NCBI GenBank assembly: GCA_030425845.1
Contig: JAUHZG010000003.1
Coordinates: 1-42,322 of the forward strand
DNA from: Gammaproteobacteria bacterium
GTDB lineage: Bacteria; Pseudomonadota; Gammaproteobacteria; JAUHZG01
Direction of reading: 5' to 3'
DNA length: 42,322 nt
Shown: in pieces, positions 30,610 to 39,761 of the stretch
Layout of the letters: the number at the start of each line of letters is the position of its first letter
Numbering within the stretch: position 1 is the first letter of the stretch
Translations under genes and position numbers: made by a program
The notes under the pieces: generated by a model
The model's database searches: none
The model's input: the letters and a program-made list of their open reading frames with translations, nothing else
Told to the model about the DNA's origin: nothing

Positions 30610-31209
30610 ATGAGTGAACAAACAATTGTTTTAGCGACGAGTAATCAAGGTAAACTAGCCGAATATCAAGCGCTATTAGATCCTGTGGGGTTTAGCGTAA
30701 AGGCACAAAGCGAGTTTGACGTGACTGACGCCGAAGAAACCGGCAAGACCTTTGTTGAGAATGCCATTTTGAAAGCGCGCAATGCGTGTGAGCAAACGGG
30801 TTTAGCGGCGATGGCGGATGACTCGGGTTTGGTGGTTGATGCTTTAGGCGGGGCGCCTGGGATTTATTCGGCTCGCTATGCAGGAGTAGGTGCTGGCAGT
30901 GAAGCGTGTAACGCGAAATTACTTGAAAGCTTAGAAGGCGTGCCTGAGCAAGAGCGTCGTGCGCATTTTCATTGTGCTTTTGTCTTTATGAGTCATGCAG
31001 ACGATCCCGATCCGGTGATTTGTCAGGGGCGATGGTTTGGTTCGATTCTGTTAGCGCCGATGGGCGAGAAAGGGTTTGGTTATGATCCGTTATTTTACGT
31101 ACCAGATCATCACTGCTCGGCTGCGGAACTTGAGCTGGCTGTTAAGAATGAAATCAGTCACCGCGGACAAGCGATGCAGATGTTTTTAGGGATGTTGCAA
31201 GGAGCATAG
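30610..31209 (+). CDS. rdgB: Non-canonical purine NTP pyrophosphatase
   Basis: LATSNQGK, ENAILKAR, ADDSGL, PGIYSARY, GFGYDPLF, KNEISHRG. Confidence 0.96.
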   Translation: MSEQTIVLATSNQGKLAEYQALLDPVGFSVKAQSEFDVTDAEETGKTFVENAILKARNACEQTGLAAMADDSGLVVDALGGAPGIYSARYAGVGAGSEACNAKLLESLEGVPEQERRAHFHCAFVFMSHADDPDPVICQGRWFGSILLAPMGEKGFGYDPLFYVPDHHCSAAELELAVKNEISHRGQAMQMFLGMLQGA

Positions 31210-31256
31210 GGCGTAATCCACCGATGAAAAATAGGTAGTCACGCACGTTGTGCTAA
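31207..31256. repeat. Degenerate REP-like remnants abutting the MITE
   Basis: TAGGGCGTAATCCACC resembles 17007-17018; ACGCACGTTGTGCTAA is identical to 11235-11250. Confidence 0.55.
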
Positions 31257-31260
31257 TTAT

Positions 31261-31424
31261 CCTAGAAACGGCAGTTGGGCGCACATTTCTAGGATAACAG
31301 ATTGATTTAGATAGCATTACAAAAAAAATCTGAAGTCACCTTGTTGGTGATGAAGACTTTTTTTGTAATGCTAGATGAATCAAGATGTTGCGCTAGAATG
31401 GGTGAATCAACTGCCGTTTCTAGG
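31261..31424. mobile_element. 164-bp fold-back MITE, copy 2 (inverted relative to copy 1)
   Basis: Perfect 17-bp terminal inverted repeat CCTAGAAACGGCAGTTG; inner 16-bp inverted repeat TAGCATTACAAAAAAA; flanked by direct repeat ATTAT (31256-31260, 31425-31429). Confidence 0.93.
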
Positions 31425-31459
31425 ATTATGATAAAACGAGTAAGAAAACATAAGCTACC

Positions 31460-33163
31460 ATGACAGAAGTAAAATCACTCTTACAGCAAGCCTTACATTG
31501 GCACCAGCAAGATGAACACGAGCGGGCACAATCGTATTACCAAAAAGTGCTTGTACTCGCCCCTGATAATACCGACGCATTACATGGTTTTGCATTTTTA
31601 TGTGCACAGCTAGGTGAGTACGATAAGGCAAAAGTACTACTGGAGAAAGCATTAAGTGTAGAACCGCACAATCCTACTTTTCGTAATAGTATGGGCAACA
31701 TCTTGATGCGTCAAAAGGATCACCGCGCGGCGACTGAACAGTACTTACTGGTGACCGAGTTTGCTCCTGACTATCCAGAGGGCTTTAATAATTTAGCCAA
31801 CGCGTACTCTGCGCGCGGTTTATTTGATGAAGCATTAGCGGCATATGCGAGTGCGACAGAGCTTGCGCCCGATTATGTGGAGGCGCACTTCAATTTGGGA
31901 CTGCTGTTGATGCGCTTTAAACGCTATCGTGAAGCTTGCATCTCGTTCAACAATGTCATCCGTCTATTTGAGCATCATAGTCCGGCACACTTTCAGTTAG
32001 CGAGCTGCTATTACTTAGAGGAGCAATATGGCAAGGCGCTTGAACATTATCAAATAGTGATGGATAAGCAGCCTCACAATATAGAAGCGATCATCAACAG
32101 CGGGGCATGCCAACTCAAGCTTGGTGACAAAGACGGTGCTCTTGGGTTATTTAATCAAGCTGTCAATTTAGATAAAAGTCATGCCGAAGCCAGAGAAAAT
32201 CTCGCCGCATTATATGTGGATCTCGGTTTTTTCGATCAGGCACTTTATCATTATCATGAACTTTTAAAGCATCATAAAGCCTCAAATGACATTCATTACA
32301 ACATGGCACTTTGTTTCATGGGGCAGGGACAGCTTGAGCAAGCTATCCACTTATATCAACAAATATTACAAACCACACCTAGACATGTACCGTCATTAAT
32401 TAACTTAGCAAGTTGCCATCTACAGCGCGATGAGCAACAAAAAGCGATGTCGATCTTTGAGCAAGCACTCTCAATCGAGCCAAACAATGATTATGCTCTT
32501 TTTATGCTAAAAGCCTTACGTGGCGAGTCCTGTGATGCCCCTCCGGCTAGCTATGTCACGACGCTTTTTGATAACTATGCGGATCATTTTGAGCGTCATG
32601 CTGAGCGTGGCTTACAGTATCGAGTACCAGAGTTAATCCGAGATGAACTAATTTCTCTTTATCCGAACAAACAATGGCGATTGTGTGATCTAGGTGCAGG
32701 AACCGGATTAGCTGCTAAGGCATTACATGATTCAGTACGTGAAGCAGTTGCTATCGATCTCTCGCCTAAGATGTGTGAAAAAGCACGCGAGAGTGAACAA
32801 TATGACTCGGTGATTTGTGGCGATTTGCTCAGTGCGCTGACAACTTTGACGAAGCCATTTGACTTATTTGTTGCAGCTGATGTCTTTGTTTATCTTGGTG
32901 ATCTTGAGCCCGTGTTTACTGAGATTCGTGCGCTCAGTGAGATGGGTACAGTCATTGCGTTTACTACAGAGATGGCCGATGACCGTGCGGGTGTGTCACT
33001 CACTCCCTTTGGCCGCTTTGCGCATAGTGAAGCGTATTTGGTTTCTGTGTTAGAGGCGAGAGGTTTTGCTGTGAAAACTTTTCGCGAGGTGATATTGCGT
33101 ATGCATCGAGATAAACCGTTGTCTGGGTATTTGGTAGTGGCTGAGCTACAGCATTTACACTAG
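31460..33163 (+). CDS. TPR-repeat protein with C-terminal SAM methyltransferase
   Basis: About 10 TPR-like repeats, then YVTTLFDNYA.HFE, DLGAGTG, IDLSPKM, AADVFVYLGDL, GRFAHS. Confidence 0.9.
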   Translation: MTEVKSLLQQALHWHQQDEHERAQSYYQKVLVLAPDNTDALHGFAFLCAQLGEYDKAKVLLEKALSVEPHNPTFRNSMGNILMRQKDHRAATEQYLLVTEFAPDYPEGFNNLANAYSARGLFDEALAAYASATELAPDYVEAHFNLGLLLMRFKRYREACISFNNVIRLFEHHSPAHFQLASCYYLEEQYGKALEHYQIVMDKQPHNIEAIINSGACQLKLGDKDGALGLFNQAVNLDKSHAEARENLAALYVDLGFFDQALYHYHELLKHHKASNDIHYNMALCFMGQGQLEQAIHLYQQILQTTPRHVPSLINLASCHLQRDEQQKAMSIFEQALSIEPNNDYALFMLKALRGESCDAPPASYVTTLFDNYADHFERHAERGLQYRVPELIRDELISLYPNKQWRLCDLGAGTGLAAKALHDSVREAVAIDLSPKMCEKARESEQYDSVICGDLLSALTTLTKPFDLFVAADVFVYLGDLEPVFTEIRALSEMGTVIAFTTEMADDRAGVSLTPFGRFAHSEAYLVSVLEARGFAVKTFREVILRMHRDKPLSGYLVVAELQHLH

Positions 33164-33169
33164 AGCACT

Positions 33170-34459
33170 CTACAGCTTGAGAGATATCTCATTTGTTAAT
33201 TCATTAAGCTGCGTTAAGGGTATAAATTTGATGGTGGTGTCTTTCACTTTGATTGTGTCTATGAATGACTTAGTGACTACTATAGCGCTTTTGGGACTGT
33301 AAGCATCGATGAATGAATGGAAACCCCTTGTTAGCTTGGCTGACTTCATGTTTTGGTATTTGACTTCGATAGGCAAAAACTGCTCTTGATTTTTAAAGAG
33401 TACAAAATCGACTTCGGCACCAGATTTAGTGCGCCAATAATGAATGTTGTAGTTCATGAAGTTTTGAACTTTAAACTTGAGAATTTCTTGAAAAACAAAA
33501 TTTTCAACTAAGAGTCCATTGTCAGTCCTAGCCGAGAAGGCTGAAAAGTTATTAAGAGCACAATTACGAAAGCCATTATCAATAAAATAAAAAATGGGAT
33601 TGCTAGTTAACTCAGTACGTTTGTTTCCGACAAAGGGGGACGTTTTTTGTATAACGAATGTTCGTTCAAGTATGTCTAGATGGTTCCTTATGGTTGTAGT
33701 GCTGACGTTGCAATCTAAAGCTAATTGATTGTAATTGACAAGCTGGCCAGAACTATGGGCAAGTAACGTGATCAATTTGGTAAACACATCCGGTTTACCT
33801 ACTTTAAGGATCTCTATGATGTCTTTTTGTATGTAACGAGAATAAATTTGCTCTAGCTGGAATTGCTTCTTTGTTGATGAGACAACTTGTGGATAGCAGC
33901 CATATAGTAGAGCATCACCATCATTAAGATCTAAATCGCATTCTTTGACGCTAAAGGGATAGATGGTTGCAGTGATCTGCCTACCTGTCAGGTGTTCTTG
34001 AATTTTACTTTTTATTTCCAGCTGAGACGATCCGGTTACAATCAGCTTTAAAGGGAGACCAAGATCAATGATAGATTTAATGAGTAATCCAGGATAATCT
34101 AATCGCTGAATTTCATCAATGAAAATCAAAGGATGATCCATCGTAAACTGTTTGCGTGCTTCTTCGATAAATACGGGCGTCTTCAACCATTCACGGATTG
34201 AAGCATAGTCACAATTTAAATAGAGTAATGTGTTAAACCTTTTCTGATTAATTAACTCTTGGCACAAGAGTTTTCCCAAGGTGGTTTTACCTGCGCGCCT
34301 CGGGCCAACAAGTACAGTGCACAAAGAATCCCATTCTGGGTCCATTAAAAAAGACAGCTGATGCCTTTGTATCATAGCTGTGCTATCGATGGCTTTTACG
34401 TCGGGATTGCTAAGCCATGGGTTCAGCTGGTGCAACTCTTGGTATAACTTTGAGTCCAT
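33170..34459 (-). CDS. AAA+ ATPase (AAA_14) with DUF4143 and PD-(D/E)xK-like C-terminus
   Basis: Walker A GPRRAGKT, Walker B IFIDEIQ, TGSS, LTGR, YFIDNGFRN, YWRT..GAEVDFV...IEVK. Confidence 0.9.
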   Translation of the reverse strand: MDSKLYQELHQLNPWLSNPDVKAIDSTAMIQRHQLSFLMDPEWDSLCTVLVGPRRAGKTTLGKLLCQELINQKRFNTLLYLNCDYASIREWLKTPVFIEEARKQFTMDHPLIFIDEIQRLDYPGLLIKSIIDLGLPLKLIVTGSSQLEIKSKIQEHLTGRQITATIYPFSVKECDLDLNDGDALLYGCYPQVVSSTKKQFQLEQIYSRYIQKDIIEILKVGKPDVFTKLITLLAHSSGQLVNYNQLALDCNVSTTTIRNHLDILERTFVIQKTSPFVGNKRTELTSNPIFYFIDNGFRNCALNNFSAFSARTDNGLLVENFVFQEILKFKVQNFMNYNIHYWRTKSGAEVDFVLFKNQEQFLPIEVKYQNMKSAKLTRGFHSFIDAYSPKSAIVVTKSFIDTIKVKDTTIKFIPLTQLNELTNEISLKL

Positions 34460-34462
34460 ATA

Positions 34463-34500
34463 ACCCTACTAAAATTACGCATAAGTAATATAAGTAGGGT
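34463..34500. promoter_or_regulatory. Imperfect palindrome covering the translation start region of the ATPase gene
   Basis: ACCCTACT-aaaATTAC-gcataa-GTAATata-AGTAGGGT. Confidence 0.45.
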
Positions 34501-34543
34501 AGCACAGTTTTTATATGATAACAAAATCGAAAAAATCAACAGG

Positions 34544-35429
34544 TTAGAATTTGGCGAGCCATTCAGCCGTTATCAAGTTACTCGCCGGGATTGTTGTGTC
34601 ATTGAGCGTGACTTTGTCTTTACCCAGTACTTCAGTGACTTTCTTCGCCAAGATCTCACATTCACTGACAAACTCACGGGCTTGATGAGTGTCTGGTTTG
34701 CAGGCTTTAACTAAGACAAAATCGTGATCGCTCACGCGTCCAGCAAGGTCGGCATCTTGGATTAAAGTGCTAAACAAGGGAGATACCTTCATGAACTCTT
34801 GAACATCCAAACGTGGATCGAGTCCAAGAATGACCTTGGCACAATCTAAATCTGACTCATGACAATAATGAATGAAATGATGGGCTAATAAAATAAAGCC
34901 CGCGCGATTACTAAGACTAGTCACTTCATCGGTGATGTCGTGATGGAAGCTAACCAGTTCGTTCTCGACTAATTTGGCGATGTCATCCAGTAGCCAAAGT
35001 TGCTCTTTACATAATTTTTTGGGGTTTTGAGTCAATAAGACAGAGCGTTCCCATTTTAAATCCGTCCCCAATCGTTAAGGGACGTCCTGCGTAAAAGCGA
35101 ATATTGGGCTCGCCTGTGACCAAAGGGTTATCCGCAAAGCGCTCGTCCAGTAGCGCATTCTCAACGACAAAGGTTTCATCACCTAAGATAGAGTATCCAC
35201 AAAAAGAGGTATCACGAGACATCTCACTCGCGCTCAAGCCTTGCTTGGACTTAAACCACAGTCTATTCGCATCGACTAAGCTGACTAAACAAATATGCAC
35301 ATCGAATAGTTTCGCTGCTAGCTTGGTGAAGCGATCAAAGCGCTGTTCAGCGGCAGTATCTAAGACGTGTAGATCTTGTAAGGCTAACAAGCGAGCTTTT
35401 TCGTTTTGCGGTGCTTGTGGCGCTAGCAT
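34544..35429 (-). pseudogene. GAF + degenerate GGDEF protein split by a 1-nt frameshift
   Basis: GAF ORF ends ...DSKPQKIM*. Removing one A from the A6 run (35015-35020) continues as LCKEQLWLLDDIAKLVENEL...DEVTSLSNRAGF...GRVSDHDF. Confidence 0.8.
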
Positions 35430-35548
35430 TGTTAGCCTCCCTTCTTTTGCTCACTCCATAGTTATCGTCATTGGAGTGATTCATCTGAAGTGATAAGCTG
35501 TCCAAATCACGGATAATTTTATGTTGCTTGGTGTCACAGGAGGCGAAT

Positions 35549-36325
35549 TTGGCTCGAAAATTTATAGATTTATCTATACCTATTGAGAATGAAGTGATTT
35601 CTGATCCTATTCCTTTTAACCCAACAGTGACTTACATGGATCACAAGCAAACTCTACCGCAATTGACAGGGTTTTTCCCGGGGTTGACCGAGCAAGATCT
35701 TCCGGATGGAGAGGCCTGGGCTATCGAGAAAGTAGAGCTGATCACACATAACGGCACACATCTTGATGCGCCATACCATTTTCATTCGACAATGAATCAC
35801 GGTGAGCGAGCGATCACGATTGATGAAGTCCCTTTGGATTGGTGTTTTCGACCCGGGGTGAAGTTAGACTTCCGTGATTACGAAGATGGTTATGTGGTGA
35901 CACAAGCCGATGTGATAGCGGCGCTTAAACACATGGACTATAAGTTGCAGCCTAAAGATATCGTGGTTGTTAACACCAGAGCTGGCTGTGCGTATGGGGA
36001 CGAAGACTACATTCATGCGGGCTGTGGTATGGGGGCAGAAGCGACGCGTTATCTGTTGGAGCAAGGTGTCGTCGTGACAGGGACCGATGCATGGAGTTGG
36101 GATGCGCCGTTTAGCCACACCAAGGCACGTTATGAAGAGACGGGTGATGCCGCGCTTATTTGGGAAGGGCATAAAGTGGGGCGTGAAATGATGTATTGCC
36201 ATTTAGAAAAATTGCATAACTTGGAGAGCTTACCGCCAGTGGGCTTTACAGTTGCGTGTTTTCCAGTGAAAATAAAAAATGCCTCAGCAGGTTGGACACG
36301 CGCCGTAGCCATAATCGACGAATAG
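35549..36325 (+). CDS. Cyclase family metallohydrolase (kynurenine formamidase/isatin hydrolase-like)
   Basis: THNGTHLDAPYH, GTDAWSWD, HLEKLHNL, SAGWTRAVA; TTG 35549 follows AGGAGG. Confidence 0.88.
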   Translation: MARKFIDLSIPIENEVISDPIPFNPTVTYMDHKQTLPQLTGFFPGLTEQDLPDGEAWAIEKVELITHNGTHLDAPYHFHSTMNHGERAITIDEVPLDWCFRPGVKLDFRDYEDGYVVTQADVIAALKHMDYKLQPKDIVVVNTRAGCAYGDEDYIHAGCGMGAEATRYLLEQGVVVTGTDAWSWDAPFSHTKARYEETGDAALIWEGHKVGREMMYCHLEKLHNLESLPPVGFTVACFPVKIKNASAGWTRAVAIIDE

Positions 36326-36337
36326 GATGACAGACAC

Positions 36338-37279
36338 ATGATCAGGACTTTTTTGCTTTCAATGCTTATGATCTTTTTATGCCAGCTTGGTTTGGCAAGC
36401 AAAGGTTCGGTGACCTTTCCTTTCAAAAACTTCTCTAAGATTGATAGCCAGGGTGATATTAATATTTTTGTCAGCTATGGCAAGCATTACTCGGTGTCTG
36501 CACCTCGTAAAGATGCTTTGCTGTTTCAGCTCACACAGAAAAAAGACACACTGTCAGTAGCGCTTATTCCTGAAACCAAAGTGCGTCCCGATCTTTTTAT
36601 TACTTTGCCGCACGTAGAAAAAATCAGTTACAAAGGCGATGGGGACTTGGTGGCGAACAAGATCCACAGTCATCATCTGAACCTGTTAGTGAATAATGAT
36701 GGTGAAACGTGGATCAGTGGCAAGAAACTTCCTTTGCACTACCTAAAGGACTCTGGACATGGTCCTATCACAGTGAGTCACATGTTAACCAATGATCTGA
36801 TCATTCACATGGGCGGCAAAGGTGTGGTGAACTTACGTGGTATAGCGAACTTGCGCCGTTTAGTTTACGACGGTGAAGGGGCGCTTAACATGTATTGGCT
36901 CAGCAGTTGTGATGTGGATATCATCGGCTCCGGCCATGCTAGTGCTTTTATTGCAGGCGTAGCCGATCATGCCAATATCGTGTTGAGTGGCAAGGCTTAT
37001 CTTAATTCACGTTACTTACGAGCCAAGAAAGAATACATCAAAACACATGGCTATTCGCGCGCTGATGTAACCGCACAGCGTGTATTAAATGCGTTGGCAA
37101 CAGGACACAGTAACGTGTATTACTACATGCGGCCTGAAGTAGCCTTAGGTCGTTACATGAAAGATCACGGCGCTATACTGTCTATGCATAACTTGAAACG
37201 TACCTGCACCGCGCCTATGCCTTTTTATCATCTAGCGCATTGTCCCTTGCCTAGGGTGGGTGGTTTAGCTCGGGCTTAA
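36338..37279 (+). CDS. GIN/DUF2807-like exported beta-helix protein
   Basis: Signal peptide; repeated (S/D)GxGx(V/L/I) units; C-terminal ATGHSNVYY. Confidence 0.75.
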   Translation: MIRTFLLSMLMIFLCQLGLASKGSVTFPFKNFSKIDSQGDINIFVSYGKHYSVSAPRKDALLFQLTQKKDTLSVALIPETKVRPDLFITLPHVEKISYKGDGDLVANKIHSHHLNLLVNNDGETWISGKKLPLHYLKDSGHGPITVSHMLTNDLIIHMGGKGVVNLRGIANLRRLVYDGEGALNMYWLSSCDVDIIGSGHASAFIAGVADHANIVLSGKAYLNSRYLRAKKEYIKTHGYSRADVTAQRVLNALATGHSNVYYYMRPEVALGRYMKDHGAILSMHNLKRTCTAPMPFYHLAHCPLPRVGGLARA

Positions 37280-38266
37280 CATACGCAAAATACCCGATTT
37301 TAGGAAGCTCTTATAGGGAATAACGTCAATGCCATGATGGTGGTAAGCTCTCTCTCCACCATATAAGCAGTAGCATTTTGCTTCAGGGTGATCTTTTGCG
37401 AATAAATTCAAGCCAGAGAAATCTTTTTCACTTAAATTAGATTTACGTTTGATCTCAATGGCATTAAAACCGTTCGGTCCATAGAGGATTAGGTCCACTT
37501 CTGCGCCAGCTGTTTTTCGCCAGAAATAAAAATTGTAGTCTAAGTCATAGTAATCATTGAGTGCTCTACAGTTTTGCAGCAATAAAGTTTTAAGCGCAGG
37601 CCCATCTATTTCTTGGGTACTATCGAGTGGACCTTGAGGGCGTAGGGTTCTATAAATACCTACATCAAAAAAATAAAACTTAGGTGAATTTTGCAGACGT
37701 CGCTTAGCTCGTTTTTTAAAGACAGGAAGTCGAATAGCGATAAGCAGATCATCTAAGATGTCAAAAAAGCGCATAATAGTTTGCCGATTACTCCCTATCT
37801 CCCTTGCAATGGCTGTATAGTTAAGGGCTTCGCCTTGTGAGAAGCTGGCACATTCTAAGAAATTTGTAAATAAAGCTAAATTTCTGGTGAGGCTTTCTTG
37901 TAGTACCTCTTCACGTAGGTAAGTAGAGACATAGCTTTTGAGGTAATGCCAAGGCGCTTCACTTGTGATGGCTTTTGGTAGTAGACCCGATTGTAGTACC
38001 TTATCAAAGGAACAGTCCTTATCGATTTCACACAACGTCAGTGGGTGCATGGTGTGGGTGAGTGCTCTCCCAGCTAGGAGGTTGATGCCTTTCTTGCGTA
38101 GTGAGCGAGCGCTTGATCCGGTGAGTATGAACTGATAACGATGGCTTTCTATTAGTCGGTGAACTTCATTGAGTAGGGCGGGAATTTTTTGGATCTCATC
38201 GATGATAATAGGTTTATCATAATCAGCTGGAATCCTCGATGCGAGTAGGCTAGGTTTGGTGAGCAG
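37265..38266 (-). pseudogene. 5'-truncated AAA_14/DUF4143 ATPase
   Basis: Frame stays open upstream of ATG 38050 to 38266 (IIIDEIQKIP, FILTGSSAR, NLLAGRA), then meets TAA at 38269-38267. Walker A and a start codon are missing. Confidence 0.85.
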
Positions 38267-38330
38267 TTACATAAAGTTAGGGTTGCTAACAACTAAAATA
38301 AAATCAATAAGTTACATTCTATTATGGGGT

Positions 38331-38426
38331 TAACTTGTAAAAGTGTGTAAAATTACACGAAATAACCTGCAAAAGCGTGTAATTTTACACGGAATTGTCT
38401 GCAAATCCGTGTAAAATGGTACGGTG
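38331..38426 (+). repeat. Three tandem 32-bp repeats with internal GTGTAA-N2-TTACAC palindrome
   Basis: taacttgtaaaagtgtgtaaaattacacgaaa / taacctgcaaaagcgtgtaattttacacggaa / ttgtctgcaaatccgtgtaaaatggtacggtg; units 1 and 2 are 26/32 identical. Confidence 0.85.
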
Positions 38427-38453
38427 ATCGTTTGAAAGAGAGGTAAGTTAGTT

Positions 38454-39761
38454 GTGGAGCGCAGTATTACAAAGAAATTGATTGACTGGAAAAGTAGCTC
38501 CAGGCGTAAGCCCCTGCTTGTGGCAGGCGCAAGGCAGGTAGGTAAGACACATAGTGTTAATGCGTTTGGGCAGTCACACTATGACAATGTTGCTTATTTT
38601 AATTTTGAAGCGACTCCCCAGTTGCGAAAAGCATTTGAAGGTGAGTTAAATCCCCCAGAGTTAATTGAAAACTTAACGATAGTGGGGAATGTTTCAATAG
38701 TTCCGCATAAGACATTGATCTTTTTTGATGAAATACAGTTGTGTCCCAATGCGTTAACATCACTAAAATATTTCAATGAAACTCATAACGAGTACCACAT
38801 TATCGCAGCCGGTTCATTATTGGGCGTTGCCCTATCTCAATCGATGAGCTTTCCTGTTGGTAAGGTGAATATCCTTAATTTGTACCCATTGTCTTTCCAT
38901 GAATTCTTACTGGCTGTGGGGGAAGATAAGCTGGCACAATTACTGTTTCAGCAAGAACTCAAGGTCTCTTATTCAGCACTGATTCATGAAAAGAGTGTAG
39001 AGCTATTCAAAAAGTACCTGTACGTGGGAGGGATGCCCGAAGCTGTTAAGTACTATAGCGCGACTAGGCAACTCAACGAAATCAGAACGATTCAACAAGA
39101 AATAGTCTATGCGAATGAACGCGATTTTTCTAAGTATGCAAGTGGTGCAGAGGCTGTTCGTGTAGCGCAAATATGGCACTCAATGGTTGCTCAACTTGGC
39201 AGAGAGAATAAAAAATTTATTTTTTCTGTAATAAATGATTCAGCCCGTGCACGTGAATATGAGCGAGCCATACTATGGTTGCTTAATGCTGGTTTGGTGC
39301 ATAAAGTCGCTGCTGTGAAAAAGCCTGGTTTGCCCCTTGCCACTTATGCAAATACAAGCAGATTTAAGTTGTATTTGGGTGACGTTGGACTCTTAGGTGC
39401 ACTGGCCGAGTTACCTGCGTCAATTTTACTTGAAGGTGACACACTATTTAATCATTTCAAAGGTATGCTAACAGAAAATGCAGTTTTGCAGAGCCTTGTG
39501 GCTGAGGGGGCGGGAGATCTGTACTACTGGACCTCGGGTCGAACAGCCGAGATAGACTTTGTTTTTCAAGCTGGGGAGACAACTCAGGCGCTAGAGTGTA
39601 AATCAGGGAGGCAAGTTAGTAGTCGTAGTTATACTCAGTATAAAGAAAAATATCCCACAAGTCCTATCACAAAGACCTCATTGAACAATCTTAGTTTTGA
39701 TGACGCGGGCAATATTGCTAACTACCCGCTGTATCTTGTGGGACGCTCAGTATCAGGTTAA
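38454..39761 (+). CDS. AAA+ ATPase (AAA_14) with DUF4143 and PD-(D/E)xK-like C-terminus
   Basis: GARQVGKT, IFFDEIQ, AAGSLLG, FPVGKV, GGMPE, KLYLGDVGLL, YYW...AEIDFV...LECKSG. Confidence 0.92.
   Translation: MERSITKKLIDWKSSSRRKPLLVAGARQVGKTHSVNAFGQSHYDNVAYFNFEATPQLRKAFEGELNPPELIENLTIVGNVSIVPHKTLIFFDEIQLCPNALTSLKYFNETHNEYHIIAAGSLLGVALSQSMSFPVGKVNILNLYPLSFHEFLLAVGEDKLAQLLFQQELKVSYSALIHEKSVELFKKYLYVGGMPEAVKYYSATRQLNEIRTIQQEIVYANERDFSKYASGAEAVRVAQIWHSMVAQLGRENKKFIFSVINDSARAREYERAILWLLNAGLVHKVAAVKKPGLPLATYANTSRFKLYLGDVGLLGALAELPASILLEGDTLFNHFKGMLTENAVLQSLVAEGAGDLYYWTSGRTAEIDFVFQAGETTQALECKSGRQVSSRSYTQYKEKYPTSPITKTSLNNLSFDDAGNIANYPLYLVGRSVSG

Noticed and set aside
31460-34459. TPR-methyltransferase plus ATPase-nuclease as a restriction-modification pair
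   Set aside because: The methyltransferase lacks DNA MTase catalytic motifs (DPPY/NPPY/PC), belongs to a common TPR-MTase family, and the genes are convergent.
38331-38426. 32-bp repeats as a CRISPR or other guide array
   Set aside because: Units are directly adjacent with scattered mismatches and no unique spacers; only three units; no cas gene in the window.
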